In this document: positions 48,401-58,961 of the stretch, piece by piece
How the letters are laid out: each line of letters begins with the position of its first letter
How positions within the stretch are numbered: position 1 is the stretch's first letter
NCBI GenBank assembly: GCA_038087875.1
Contig: CM075993.1
Location: 4,714,001 to 4,774,000, forward strand
Direction: 5' to 3'
DNA: 60,000 nucleotides
Source: Malacoraja senta
Lineage: Eukaryota
Program-made: the position numbers and the translations under genes
The notes under the pieces: model-generated
What the model saw: only the letters and a program-made list of their open reading frames with translations
The model's database searches: none
Told to the model about the DNA's origin: nothing

Positions 48401-51400
48401 AGCCATTTCCTGAGGTAATCCCATTACAAAATAGCCGATGTATTGAACCAACTCTTCAGCAATCTTCAACCACAATAAGTCGTGAACATCCTTCAATGGC
48501 AATGTGTTTAATAAATTAAAAGGAGTCGCATGTAAGTGACATTAGAGGAGGATCAAACTACATGTAGTAATCGCACTTTAGATTAATTTAATAAAATGGC
48601 AACAAAGAAAACTGCTAACATATTAGGCACTGTACGTTCTGCATTTATGTACATACATGGATTCACTTCAACAAAGACTAGATTCTGGGCAATTTGGATT
48701 GCTTTCTCCAAAACCGCCGTAGGTTGTAGGGAAACTGATAGAAGTATATAAAATTCTGAGTGGCATAGATGGGGTAGACAGTCAGACTCAAAGGATGAAA
48801 GGTTTAAGATGAAAGGTGCAAAGTTTAAAAGGAGAAGTGCGGGGCAAGTTTTTTTTTTACTCAGAGGGAGTCGAGTGCCAGGAATACGCTGTGGGGGCTG
48901 ATCTTTGAAGCAGATATATTAGTGGCATTTAATAGACTTTTGGCCAGGCATATGGATATACATAGAATGGAGGGATACAAATTATGGATATACATAGAAT
49001 GGAGGGATACAAATTATCTACAAGGTAGATAAATTATGGTCTTAGCATTATGTTCGGTGAAGACATTGTGGGTCGAAGGACCTGTTCCTGTTCTGTATTG
49101 TTCTATGTTCTATTATATTATACACAAGTTGACTACTACATTTGTCCATGACACATATTACATTTAAAAACTAATACAGGTATATTATATTTGAATTATT
49201 CTGTGATTTCATAGTAATACAATTGCATTACACAGCTGTGGGCAGTTAGTTTACCTGTAACATATACAGAACTGTAGCATACTGTACAAATGAAACTCTG
49301 GAAAGGATCCAGCAAACTGGTCTCAAATCACTGGATCTGGAAGTATGACTGGCTTGCATTTCATGGAAAGGATGCATAATGTTTTCCACTATCAACCTGC
49401 AAGAAACAAAAGCCAAGGTAGAAATATTTCTTACATGGTATTGGGAGCCCCGAAATTTAAACTTCTTCGAGCATTCGACGTGGTGCAAATCCTGTCTGCA
49501 GGTGGACTTGGCATAACATGTCGTCCTGGTGACATTTTCCTCACTTCCCAAGCTAGAGACGTGGGTCTGCAAGAGGCACAATAAAAGCCAGCACTTAAAG
49601 CCAAAAAGCTATGATATGCACATGATACCTGCATACATTTATGGGCTCCATTCGCAATATGAATATCGAGGTAGAGAAGGAACAATAAAAATTCATAAAG
49701 ATAATACCAAAAATGAGAGATTATCAATGGGTAGAAACAACAATCATTGTGTGTGTTTTTTTTTAATCTATTAAAGGGCCTGTCCCACTTAGGCGATTTT
49801 TTAGGCGACTACTGGCGACTGCCAAAAAATTTTCAACATGTTGAAAAAATTTCGGCGACAGTGGCGACAATTTATGCTGTCGTAGGTTGTCGCCAGGTGT
49901 CGTAGGTGGATTCCTAAAGAGTCGCCTAAGTGGGACAGGCCCTTAACAAACAAAAATCTAAAATTGGTTAAAACTCTTTAAAATTATAAGGGGTTTCAAT
50001 AAGATAATTCCAGAAATTGTGTTTCTATGTAGGGAATCAAAAAATGAGGGAATGCAACAACATGGTGGCATTAGTCACTAATAAAGATGATTATGTATTT
50101 TAAGAATTATCTACTCAGTAAAGGATTAGAATATGGAACATGCTTTCCTGAAACAGTCGTGGAGAACAGAATCGCTCATGGATCTATTCATGGATAGTAG
50201 GTCATGGATAAATAAGAAAGAAAGAAACTGAAGAATGCGGTCATAAGCAAAGATAAAGTATGTTAGGGAAAGGACCACCTGGAACTAAAGCACCAAGACA
50301 AACTTGCTGAATTGAATGGTAGAATTTCTTTTCTTAAATCTATCATGGAAACATATTAATACAAGCAATTACATACGATGACAACTCCTGACCATCACAT
50401 AAATATATTGTATCCTCAGATATCACCTATAAACCAAATTTGCCAAAAACATTACTGATGTGTAGAAAAGAACTGCAGATGCTGGTTTAAATCGAAGGTA
50501 GACACAAAATGCTGGTGTAACTCAGCGGGACAGGCAGCATCTCTGGAGAGAAGGAATGAGTGACCTGACATGCACAACATCGACAAATGTCTCGCTATAG
50601 CTGTTTAAAGTCCAGATACTGCTGTGTACGAAGAAGTGTGTAATCATTATTTAATTTTTTTAACTCCAATTTTTTTAATACAAAAAACACAAGTTCTCCT
50701 TAATACTGCCAAATCTTCTCTTTACAAACTTAACACAAGTGAAAACTAGAAAACTAGAAACAATAAAGATGCAAATTTCTAATGAAACTAATAATCTGGA
50801 TCTAAAAATTATTTTAAAAAATCTCAAAACATTATAATTGGGGTAATAACTGGATGCAGTTTAACATTGCGAAAGTGTACGAGGAGGATTAGGAAAATGA
50901 AGGTGGCCTAAGAAAAGTTGTAATCACATTCTTTCCAAAATAATCTTAAAATGATGTGCAGGAACTGCAAATCTGGAGACTAATAGCTGGATACTGGGAA
51001 TATTACAGATAATTGGAATCTAATGGTTTCCTTCGACATTAGAATTTTCGGAACCTGTAAGCAAAGTGTGAAGGTATAAAAAAAAACTGTTTGTTCTTTA
51101 ATATGTAAATTTAAGTAATCTTTAGTGATCCTGTTACATTTATACTACTACCAAAAGATTATGATGGGTGTGGGGTACTTTTCAATCTGCCCATTTTTGG
51201 GGGTTTCAAAACTAATTGATATAGATGTGATGTATGGCCTTTATGTAATTTATTTCCAATGCCTCCATTCCAAGGGTATTTGCACTGGCTATTCTTCTAA
51301 AAGTAATATTTAAGACTGGGTGTCAATTCGACAGAATGCAGTTATTTCAATCTTTAATCAAGATCTTTGAGATATCTAATGTTCAATGTGGAGTTCTACC

Positions 51401-51500
51401 TGTTCTGTGCATCTGTCTTCTCCAACTTTTCCTGCAGCTGAAGCCAATCTATCAATGCCTTGAAGTCACGCACATAGTTATCCAGCATCATCAGGACCTC
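9389..51500 (-). CDS. SCAPER: SCAPER (S-phase cyclin A-associated protein in the ER), partial: 15 internal coding exons, 712 codons
   Basis: The spliced translation matches recalled vertebrate SCAPER (EVLMMLDNYVRDFKALIDW, RPTSLAWEV, GVSWADKVK, EGWETV, VNEIAFINTLEAQNKRHDVL, CSLCNVL..HIKGRKH). All introns are GT-AG and the phases are consistent. Confidence 0.97.
10102..10546 (-). mobile_element. V-SINE interrupted by a Penelope-derived insertion
   Basis: Reverse complement of the same SINE consensus; split at 10186-10372. Confidence 0.8.
10186..10372. mobile_element. Fold-back Penelope pLTR mini-element
   Basis: Inverted arms; 14-bp TSD AACCTACAAACCTG (10172-10185, 10373-10386). Confidence 0.88.
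10772..10924 (-). CDS. SCAPER: SCAPER exon (153 nt) HDESSRRHMEQIEQRKEKAAELSSGRHANTDYAPKLIPYERKKHCSLCNVL (CxxC half of the zinc finger)
   Basis: tattcag|CAT ... TTG|gtaggt. Confidence 0.96.
11623..11704 (-). CDS. SCAPER: SCAPER exon (82 nt) EREERLAALSAAQQEAMEELQKKIQMK
   Basis: ttggcag|G ... AAG|gtatga; phase 2 to 0. Confidence 0.95.
12188..12480 (-). mobile_element. V-SINE
   Basis: Reverse complement of the 1-285 family. Confidence 0.85.
12635..12777 (-). CDS. SCAPER: SCAPER exon (143 nt) ERKRALEAERQARVEELLLKRREQEARVEQQRQEKERAREDAARERA(R)
   Basis: aatgcag|GAA ... GCCAG|gtttg; phase 0 to 2. Confidence 0.95.
13300..13710 (+). mobile_element. CpG-rich SINE-like insertion with a Rex1-like tail
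   Basis: CpG-rich head; tail gtatgtgacaataaa + (cctttgt)n. Confidence 0.55.
14770..14925 (-). CDS. SCAPER: SCAPER exon (156 nt) VNEIAFINTLEAQNKRHDVLAKVKEYEQRLNELQEERHRRQEEKQARDEAVQ
   Basis: ctttcag|GTT ... CAG|gtgaga. Confidence 0.96.
14945..15135. mobile_element. Fold-back Penelope pLTR mini-element beside a SCAPER acceptor
   Basis: Inverted arms; 12-bp TSD GGGAAAACACAT (14933-14944, 15136-15147). Confidence 0.88.
15654..15794 (-). CDS. SCAPER: SCAPER exon (141 nt) EKEVRKWKGELLEQRRKMMEEKLLHAELKRELQLQAIVKKAQEEEAK
   Basis: ctttag|GAG ... AAG|gtacag. Confidence 0.96.
16554..16854 (+). mobile_element. V-SINE, full length
   Basis: A box tggcgcagcggtag, B box ggttcgatcc, V domain, (taaac)n tail. 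Confidence 0.88.
17009..17120 (-). CDS. SCAPER: SCAPER exon (112 nt) TIAESKRKHEEKQLKAQQLREKLREEKTMKLQKLLER
   Basis: ctgacag|G ... CGG|gtaagc; phase 2 to 0. Confidence 0.95.
17283..17400 (-). CDS. SCAPER: SCAPER exon (118 nt) (A)REPWRQSTSWGDIVEEEPARPPGHAIQMHEKLSSPSRK(M)
   Basis: ttcttag|CA ... AAAAT|gtgac; phase 1 to 2. Confidence 0.95.
17430..17970 (-). mobile_element. Old Penelope-like coding fragment
   Basis: Degenerate similarity to 26500-27445 in reverse orientation. Confidence 0.5.
18448..18538 (-). CDS. SCAPER: SCAPER exon (91 nt) ASMSSGSLSLYGLSAQSQNLDWNDVLAEYE
   Basis: tttccgtag|GCC ... GAAG|gtacgt; conserved DWNDVLA; not in the ORF track. Confidence 0.94.
19824..19994 (-). CDS. SCAPER: SCAPER exon (171 nt, or 174 with the upstream NAG) SMAAVLAKGEELANRLEKENEEAIANAIAEEEQLTREIQAEE...SEFS
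   Basis: ctgcagcag|TCT ... TCA|gtgagt. Confidence 0.95.
20262..20595 (+). mobile_element. Rex1/Babar LINE 3' fragment
   Basis: ANIIKDPQHPGHTLISPLPLGRRYRSL..RFRNSFFPTAIRLLN; aataaa and (cttga)n tail. Confidence 0.82.
21320..21647 (-). mobile_element. CR1 3' fragment
   Basis: FSQRMVNLWN..DIFKAELDRFL; CR1 3' UTR. Confidence 0.85.
22410..22750 (-). mobile_element. Truncated inverted copy of the same Harbinger-type element
   Basis: Reverse complement of about 22855-23175. Confidence 0.8.
22752..23363. mobile_element. Non-autonomous Harbinger-type DNA transposon (~610 bp)
   Basis: TIRs ..CTGTCCCACTGCGGCGACCTAAT / ATTAGGTCGCCGCAGTGGGACAGGCCCT; flanks TTA/CTA. Confidence 0.8.
24380..24562. mobile_element. 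Fold-back Penelope pLTR mini-element
   Basis: Inverted arms; 14-bp TSD ACTCCCTCCTCAGT. Confidence 0.88.
26500..27445 (+). mobile_element. Degenerate Penelope-like RT/GIY-YIG coding fragment
   Basis: LSISGD, PTDSHSYIDY, LQRDSTT, QRFTYTS..CIQYSQCG motifs across frameshifts. Confidence 0.75.
27524..27690. mobile_element. Fold-back Penelope pLTR mini-element
   Basis: Inverted arms; near-perfect TSD tct(c/t)atctttcct. Confidence 0.8.
28661..28958 (+). mobile_element. V-SINE
   Basis: Same head, V domain and tail layout. Confidence 0.82.
30735..30970. mobile_element. Fold-back Penelope pLTR mini-element with two hammerhead-like cores
   Basis: Inverted arms; 16-bp TSD ACATTAAAGATCATGG. Confidence 0.87.
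31040..32100 (+). mobile_element. Old degenerate CR1 ORF2 fragment
   Basis: Recognisable alignment to 6530-7260 (catccatggat.., catcctagagttttgaaagaggt, gattagagggtagcgaatg). Confidence 0.65.
32210..32640 (+). mobile_element. Penelope-like element 3' fragment: GIY-YIG endonuclease C-terminus plus pLTR/3' UTR
   Basis: YIGETRSRLADRFTEHLRSV...HFNSPSH...RKLEEQHLIF..GSLHP..MNIDFSNF*, followed by the ctgaagaagggtc..gaaacgtc motif. Confidence 0.9.
34130..34345 (-). CDS. SCAPER: SCAPER exon (216 nt), divergent acidic linker YTANMSTD...DMDLSSELSN
   Basis: attag|TAC ... AAT|gtgagt; open phase 0-0 exon whose end resembles human EMDPSDISN. The acceptor is less certain (weak pyrimidine tract). Confidence 0.8.
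35103..35332 (+). mobile_element. Solo LTR (230 bp), probably Gypsy-type
   Basis: TGAGGCGG...CCGCTACA termini, 4-bp TSD CCCT, TATTTAA near 35204, AATAAA at 35261. Confidence 0.8.
35676..35935 (-). mobile_element. Penelope 3' end / pLTR
   Basis: Reverse complement of the 32450-32640 type, including the ORF-end remnant (attgacttctctaatttcaggtag). Confidence 0.82.
36260..36708 (-). mobile_element. 3' fragment of a distinct CR1-group LINE (Daphne-like), nested in an older CR1 remnant
   Basis: VQRQAARFVTN..LRWNPLQDRR..RLTCFYKM..NSFFPRTIKAWNNL; (CCAAGAA)n tail. Confidence 0.75.
37119..37131 (-). promoter_or_regulatory. Candidate CTCF site
   Basis: CCACCAGATGGCA matches the CTCF core consensus CCASYAGRKGGCR; motif match only. 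Confidence 0.4.
38137..38172 (+). ncRNA. Minimal type-I hammerhead-ribozyme-like motif in a Penelope pLTR (representative copy)
   Basis: CTGAAGA-A-GGGTC/tt/GACCC-GAAA-CGTC; stem I is only 2-3 bp. The host insert has a 9-bp TSD GGAATAATC. Confidence 0.6.
38436..38747 (+). mobile_element. V-SINE, full length
   Basis: Same head, V domain and tail layout. Confidence 0.87.
41705..41970 (-). CDS. SCAPER: SCAPER exon (266 nt) (D)RKDTEGWETVHRGRTTRSRS...KDDSDKEN...GSFK
   Basis: cttacag|AC ... AAG|gtatg; conserved EGWETV and DDSDKEN; phase 1 to 0. Confidence 0.92.
43685..43830 (+). mobile_element. 3' end of an unclassified retroposon with a (GAA)n tail; second copy inverted at 57775-57915
   Basis: Two dispersed ~140-bp copies sharing caactttaggctgtgcacgcca..aagaagaagaa. 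Confidence 0.7.
44290..44970 (-). mobile_element. Old Penelope-like coding fragment
   Basis: Degenerate reverse match to the GIY-YIG end (agatgagatattcttcctcaagctt). Confidence 0.5.
46396..46518. mobile_element. Inverted Penelope pLTR mini-element
   Basis: 15-bp TSD ATTAAATATAGGTTA; inverted junction. Confidence 0.85.
47425..47570 (-). CDS. SCAPER: SCAPER exon (146 nt) AAPPALVVARLASTGVSWADKVKANG...LHPN
   Basis: tattcag|G ... AATG|gtgagt; conserved GVSWADKVK; phase 2 to 1. Confidence 0.92.
48715..49112 (+). mobile_element. CR1 3' fragment with an internal ~32-bp tandem duplication
   Basis: CR1 3' end, (ttctatg)n tail; tatggatatacatagaatggagggatacaaat x2 at 48951-49014. Confidence 0.8.
49435..49566 (-). 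CDS. SCAPER: SCAPER exon (132 nt) (R)PTSLAWEVRKMSPGRHVMPSPPADRICTTSNARRSLNFGAPNT(M), contains the RxL cyclin-docking motif
   Basis: ttgcag|A ... ACCAT|gtaag; phase 2 to 2. Confidence 0.93.
49775..49943. mobile_element. PIF/Harbinger-type MITE
   Basis: TIR AGGGCCTGTCCCACTTAGGCGA; TSD TAA; internal GGCGAC repeats. Confidence 0.87.
51400..51500 (-). CDS. SCAPER: SCAPER exon (101 nt) EVLMMLDNYVRDFKALIDWLQLQEKLEKTDAQN(R)
   Basis: tttttcag|GAG ... AACAG|gtag; phase 0 to 2. Confidence 0.96.
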
Positions 51501-53024
51501 CTGAAAAAGAAATTGATTACATTTACAGTTCAGTAACGTTTCCTGTCTGTCCCTGGTCTCCCACAAAAGATAAACTGTGCCAATATACATCAAGGGAGCA
51601 CATCCTTTTACCCGGACACTAAAAAGTTGCAGTTTTACCAGTAAAAGCCAAATATTCAATGAGCTCAATTCATTCCGAATCAAGTCATTAAACCACTAAA
51701 ACACTCCAGAAGAAAGGCGGCAGCCCTCACCCCTCGACAAAATAGCTTTACTTTGAACGTTTAAGAAGGAACTGCAGGTGCTGGAAAAATCTAAGGTAGA
51801 TAAAATGCTGGGGAAACTCAGCGGGTGAGGTAGCATCTATGGAGCGAAGGAATAGGTGACGTTTTGGGTCGAGACCCTCCCTCAGACCCTTCTTTGAACG
51901 TATGCTGTTTACAGTCATATGAGGTTGACTTACTTATATTTTACTTAGATATGCAGAGTTCATGCCAAAATTGATCTGTACTTTGGGGATGAGAATTTTG
52001 ATTAAATTCGAGTTTTAATACCTAGACATGAGAAATCTGAATGATTGATCAGAAAACTACATTTGGCCCAACTTCTCCAAACAATGCTTACTATACACTG
52101 TGCAGTCTAGCACAACATTCAGCACCTTCTCCAATGATGCTAATGTTATGGATAGATGACGTTTCGGTTCGGGACACTTCTTCAGACTGATTTTTTGAAG
52201 AATCTTTTCATAATTTGTCAAGAATTCACAACACATACAAGTGGCCAAGCAACAATGGCCAAATGGAATTTAAATTTATTATTTTAGGAAATCTATCACG
52301 AAACAACCATTGGATAAATTTTGCCAAATATTTAAAATTCTAACCTCACTGTAAACAATTGTTAAATGTTAGTGGATGCAACATTTTGCGAAGAGTTAAC
52401 TGATAGTGCGAAGTTTGTCCCTTTAAAGAGTAAGCAACCTAAACATGATTCGCCCAGAGGTAGTTTTTGAGGCTTGTAACAGAACGATGAAGTGGTACTG
52501 TTACACCTCATCACCAGAGGTGACAACAATTTGAAACCGAATTGAGAACACACAGGAAGCAAGTTGGAAACGATTGGAAAGAAAATATTTTAAGTGCAAC
52601 TTTCCTAGTTGAATTTTGGTGCTATGATAACCATCCCAGTAACAACATCAGATCTTTATTTTTTGCAGAGCCGAGAATCTGACCACTACTGTATGTTTAC
52701 TTTTGACTCCAACCTGTTTTCTTATAATTACAATCAGTGATTGATGCTCCCAGTGGCGGCCATCTGGATTTCCTCCGCAGGATTTGTTTAAAACTGGCAC
52801 AACTATGAAAACAAATTTGAAGCTGCTGATAAACATGACAACTGTCAGCTTAAAGTCAGGTTCAACAGGCTGAATGACAGCCAAAAATACTCTCATAATG
52901 GATCATTGATGCTATCCTCAAACAACAAAGCTAATTCTTAAAAGACTACAATTGAAGAGTTCAAATCCTGCTGCTAGCTGAAGGAATTTGAGTGTTCATC
53001 TTTCGGTAGTTACAGCATAGCTGA

Positions 53025-53208
53025 CCCCGTGACCGCATGGGTTTTCTCCGAGATCTTCGGTTTCCTCCCACACTCCAAAGACGTACAGGTTTGTAGGTTA
53101 ATTGTAAAATTGTCCCGAGTGTAGGATAGTGTTAATGTGCGCGGATCGCTGTTCGGCGTGGACCCAGTGGGCCAAAGGATCAGATTCCCCTCTGTATCTC
53201 CAAACTAA
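53025..53208 (+). mobile_element. V-SINE, 5'-truncated
   Basis: V domain and tail only. Confidence 0.8.
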
Positions 53209-55033
53209 ATGAAGCTGTATTATAGTTTTAGTAGCATGTTTTCCTGAATTGTTTGAAAATAATTCAATAAAGTCATTTGAGCAGCATGATAACCGCTGCT
53301 CACAAACCACCAAACAATCAAATGGCTTGGTGAAAATCTAAACACAGCATTATAATCTTATTATGCTCTGAAGTTGGATTAAAACGATTCCAAAATAATT
53401 ACAAACTTATTTTTGCTATTCACAATCTTATCCATCTGTGATTTTTATCCATAATGCTCAATGTTTCTGAAGAGAAACATCAGTCACATTTTTCAACTCC
53501 TTTCCTTTTTCCATATAGGCTCCTCTTTAATATCTGGAACCTGTGCATGACTAACTTGCTCCTTGACTTCTGTCAATACGCTTCTGAAATCAATAAAGGA
53601 TACTTCAATAGTAACATCGAAGTATCAGCGGCCACCAGTGTTTCCTGTCCTAAAGACGATGCAGGAACATCAAAAGAAACATTACAAGATTATCACTTCT
53701 GCCAGTTAAGCTCCTATGGCTTACCATGTACCACATCGGTGTGAAGAAGGGTCTCAACCCGAAATGTCATCTATCCATGTTTTCCAGATATGCTGCTTGA
53801 CCTGCTGAGTTACTCCAACACTTTGTGTCCCTTTTATGTATTAACCAGCATCTGCAGTTCTTTGTTTCTACTTCACCACATAAGTACGGCAGAATTACGT
53901 GTGCTGTTGTGCATGCAATTGTGAGTTTTCTTTATGCAACTTGTGCGCACATAGGCAGTGCTTAGGAAATGCCAACTCCAAAATGTTTAATAGCCTGCCG
54001 TCCTCACAGACTGACAAATATGCTCAATGTTTCCAATCATTTTTATTTTAGCGATATTAAAAAATGTCTGTGACAATATAACTTTGATAGCCGTTTTGAA
54101 ATGCACATAAAAACACTACTCACTACTAAAACAACAGGAAATTCATCAATGAACTCTCTTAATAAAAACAAGTGATAAATCTCAGCAATCTTACTTCACA
54201 ATAAAATTGTAAAAGCATGCTCCCAAGTTATTGCAATTATCAATATAAAATGCACACTTCCAATTAATATCTATACCTTGGAGAAGACGTACATTAAAAT
54301 TAATGGGTATACTATTCTTTATATTGGAGAATTGAACCTAACCCATTATAGTCAATGCAGAAGAGAAATTACACTATATAACATTATGGTTCAGATTGGA
54401 TAATACATTGCAACGCAAAAGCCTATCGCATACATCTTCAGCAGAGCATTTAAAACAGAAATTGCTGAAACACTTAACAGATCAGGTAGCATTTGTGGAA
54501 AGAGAAACATGGTTACTGTTTCACATTTAATACCCTTTGTCAGAAGTGGGAAAGAGTACAATAAATTATTTTTGAGGAGTAAAAAGGTAGAGCAATGATG
54601 TGGCAGAACAAAGGGGGTAGGACAAGGCCAAAATGTGTTAAAATGGTAGTTTGAAGCACATTATGCTTCTTTGTCTCCATTGTGTTGGCAGTAGCAGGGC
54701 TGTGAGGAACAAAGTCAAAATCACAGAAGGATGACTTGCAGAAATACCCAGTTTTGATCCAAATAGAGTGGCTTACCTAAAGAGTAAGAATTCAATATTG
54801 GGTTTTGACGGTTGCAATGTGCCCAGACGGAAGATATGCAACTCAAGCTTAATTAAAGCCATGTTGTGGCCACAGAATGGGAGTGGAATGGGAAATTTAA
54901 AAAAATCAGAGAACACCACAGCCCAATGATTCCGTGCCGACCATCAACCACCCATCTTTACATCTATAAATAATCCCCCAATGTTGTTTAATTCTCCTCA
55001 CATTCTTATCACCCAGATTCCAGCTATACAGTT

Positions 55034-55482
55034 AACCTATGATGAGCGTTTGTCAGCACTGGGCCTGTACTCGCTGGAGTTTAGAAGAACGAGGGGGGAC
55101 CTCATTGAAAGATACAGAATAGTGAAAGGCTTGGATAGAGTGGATGTGGAGAGGATGTTTCCACGAGTGGGAGAGTCTAGGACCAGAGGTCATAGCCTCA
55201 GAATTAAAGGACTTTCTTTTAGGAAGATGAGGAGAAATTTCTTTCATCAGAGGGTGGTGAATCTGTGGAATTCTTTGCCACTGAAAGCTGCAGAAGCCAA
55301 GTCAGTGGATATTTTTAAGGTAGAGATAGATAGATTCTTGGTTAGTACATGCGGCAGAGGTTATGGGGAGAAGGCATGAAAATGGGATTAGGAGGGAGAG
55401 ATAGATCAGCCATGATTGAATGGCAGAGTAGACTTGATGGGCCGAATGGCCTAATTCTACTCCTATCACATGACTTTATGAC
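55034..55482 (+). mobile_element. CR1 3' fragment
   Basis: YDERLSALGLYSLEFRRTRGDLIE..QRVVNLWNSLP; 3' UTR. Confidence 0.9.
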
Positions 55483-57774
55483 ATTTACAATGGTCAATCA
55501 GCCTTTCGACCTGCATGTCTTTGAGATGTGGGAAGAAACTGGAGCACCCAGGGGAACACACATGGTCTCACAGGGAATGTACAAACTCCACAACTTAAAC
55601 CCAGGCATCTGGCACTGTGTTGCAGTGGCTCTACTGGCTGTGCCACTGGGCAGCAGTGAACTGAATGAAGTAATTCCTTTTATGTATGACTTTCAAAAAT
55701 ACATCTCTAACATTATAGAGAATGGTTTAATTTGAATTTTGTTTTGCCAGGAAATACAATGCACTGAAGTCCCACAAATAGCAATAACACAATACAGTTC
55801 CCTGGATGTGATGGCTGAGGGCTATATGCACTCCATGACATTAAAATAACTCCTTAATCTTACTCGAGTAAAATGCCATTGATTACTTTACTTCACCAGT
55901 AGATTTAACCTCCGTTTAATCTCTGTAAAAGATGCATTCTTCAAATTAGCACTCTCTTTGTAAAACACGATTATATGAGCTGGTCCTAGAATATGACTAA
56001 CACCCAACAACCTTCTGATTTACCACCTTTCTAAGTACCATCACTGAGCTGAGCTGAGATTTCACACCATAATGTAATTTAGACGTTCATATATGACCAC
56101 ATTTTTATATACTTCATCCCAATTACTTTGTGTTCCAAGCACATCCGTTTTATAAATTAGGGTTCTGCATTAAAAAGTTCTGAGGAATAGTATTCATAAG
56201 CTTCCAGCACATCTGTTCTGTTCTTTGATGTTCACATCCTTAAATAATATTGAGAGGCAAGACTAAGGTTTCAGTCTGAAATCAGGGTCACGTCAGGAAT
56301 ATACTCACTCCTCCCACACCCAAAGAATACTCCAGAATAAATCCCTATCTACCTTTATTCCGCAGCATTCTTTAACATGCAGAGAAAAGGAGTGCTGATC
56401 AACTATCTTACGGCTTGCAGTGTTTTATTCTGCTCAGCACTATCTGTTCTAATCAGCTCCAAGCACCCGTAACCTAAAGCTCGGCTTGGTGAACAAGGGA
56501 ATACAAACAAGACAAGCAGTTGGAGTGGCTCCCTGTACTCGTTGGTGCGCATCTTTCTCCCTGCTGATGATGGCCATTTTGTCAAAGAGGACAGCAGAGA
56601 ACAAAAGTGGCTCTGAAAACACCGATATAGACAGGCAGATAACAAAGTATAGACATACAGCTAAAATTACCAATTAGTTTACCAATTGGCTGCAACGGAT
56701 TCGATTGGTTTGTAATTAATTCTAGTTACTGGCGCATACAGCAAGACGGTTGGCGCCAACCCTTTGTCCTGCTGACATACAATACCGGTGTACAGGACCC
56801 AAGGGTCCTGGACATCAATACCTCTCTCTACCTCACCTACATCAGCCAGTGCAGAAGATATACCCTGTGGTGCTGAAACAGTGGAAAGTTCTGCAGCATG
56901 AGAAGACGCTGACAAGAAAGAGGTCTTTATAAGCTGAGCAGTGCAAGAGCAAGCGACGTGCTGAAATAAACTCCACTGTGAGACAGGTTTTTTTGTGTAT
57001 GAAGGGGATTTATTTTCTGAAGGTCAAGCCTGCCACACAGAAGCAACACTGAAGTACAACTTTCAGACAAATTATCATCCACCAGGACATTCTTTTACCT
57101 AGAAAACTGAGCTCTCTTTTCACTTCTTGCCTTGGAAATGGACTGTGACTGCAAACGAAACAACAGCCTCATTCATAACGTAATGTACAGCACAAGTAAC
57201 ACACACCCAGATTAATTTAAATCGGTACAACAGCCCATTGCAGGTACAGTGTCTCTATAAAATACAGTACTGATCGTAGATGCATGTTTTCTTTGACATT
57301 GATATGCTTGCAAAAAGACAAGATAATTACATGTCATTGCTCATTTTTTAAATAATTTGATTGAGAGATTTTTATTCAGGGAAAAATATTGCAACATCTC
57401 ACTTCACAAGATGGTCATTTTTTCCACCCCCCCTCCCCCACAAATAAACTGTGCTCAGTATGGGATTTTAATCACTTTTCCATCCTTTAATCGTGCATTT
57501 GAGTTTTCAGAATCTTCAATTGTCATATAAAATAGTTGTGATATGTTGAATTCAATAATCCTCTTGGTGTCTATCATTCTTTTTAAACTCAATTCTGGCT
57601 GTCTGTGCATTGCTTCACCTTAAAGTGAATTTAAATTGTAACACAGAAACAGGCCATTTTGTTCAAATGAACTGTGCTAAAGTTTATCGCCCACGGCAGG
57701 AGCAATCCTAACCCGAGTTCTCTGTCCTATTCCTTCACTGTTCCGACACTTCAACCATTTTCAACTAATTATTA

Positions 57775-57915
57775 TCTTCTTCTTCTTGCGTATGGCGTGC
57801 ACAGCCTAAAGTTGTAGGACAACTTGTTCTATTTGATCTTATTTGATTGTGCATGCCAGGTTGATTGCATTCGTCGAAACAGGGTGGACCACGTGAAGGT
57901 TGCAATCTCCCACCC
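57775..57915 (-). mobile_element. Second copy of the (GAA)n-tailed retroposon end
   Basis: Reverse complement of 43700-43830. Confidence 0.7.
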
Positions 57916-58928
57916 CACTAATTATTATGAAATGTTGGCATCTTTTTTTCCCCAACAATTGCTCGTGTATTGCGTGGTTTCCCTTTTGTCTCCTTGTTTT
58001 CTTTACTTTGATATTTTTTTTAAAAGCTTGACAGACTCACTACGCACTTCCAAAGGTCTTATTATTTTGCAACCTCTAATATCCATTATGCTACAAATTC
58101 ATTAATAGGCATGTAAAAGGGATTAGTAATTGGTCAAAAGGGGGAAGGAAACAGACATAAAAGATAAGGTGTTGTCTATTGATCAGCAAGATGTCTCAAT
58201 GGATGAAAGTGTAGCTCAACATAGATATTAATGACAGATAAAAGAGATGTGTTCTCAGATTTGTAAATGGCTTTAATAAAACGCACAATAAGTTGTTTAA
58301 ACGGCAGCAGGAAGTTCTGAAGGATATGAAAGGAATGACTGGGCAAAATTATAGTTCTGTGGCGTTCAATATAGGAAATGCATTATCATCCTCTTTGGAT
58401 CTGACAGAGACAAATCAGAATATTTCTTTAATGCACAAATTCTACAGGTTGTGCAAGAGCAAAAGATTTGGGTGCTCATGCAAGACAAAAAGCACTATAG
58501 GCTTGTGCAGGAAGTAATCAAAGAGGCTAATGGAATTGTGGCCTATATCTCAAAGGGATTCAAATTCAAAAGTGAGGAAGTGATGCACATAACCATGCAC
58601 AGACCCAGTCTGACGTAACAACCCACATGACCACGGGCATTTTGGCCATGGAACTGGAACAGCCCACATTCACCCGAATAATCCTAGTGTGTGAAGGGTT
58701 AAATCATTGCCACATACTTGCTTGTGTTCTCTTTACAGCTTCAAAGTGTGAGGGATAATTTAATCAAATGAATGTAAAATATATGAAAGGTTTAGAGGGA
58801 TATGTGTCAAACACAGGCAAATGCGATTTGTGGAGATGGGCATCATGGTTGGCATATATGTTAGCCCGAAGGGCCTGTTTTCATGCTGTATGACTCTAAG
58901 ACTCTAATCACAGTGTTCACTAGAGCTG

Positions 58929-58931
<3 letters not shown>

Positions 58932-58961
<30 letters not shown>

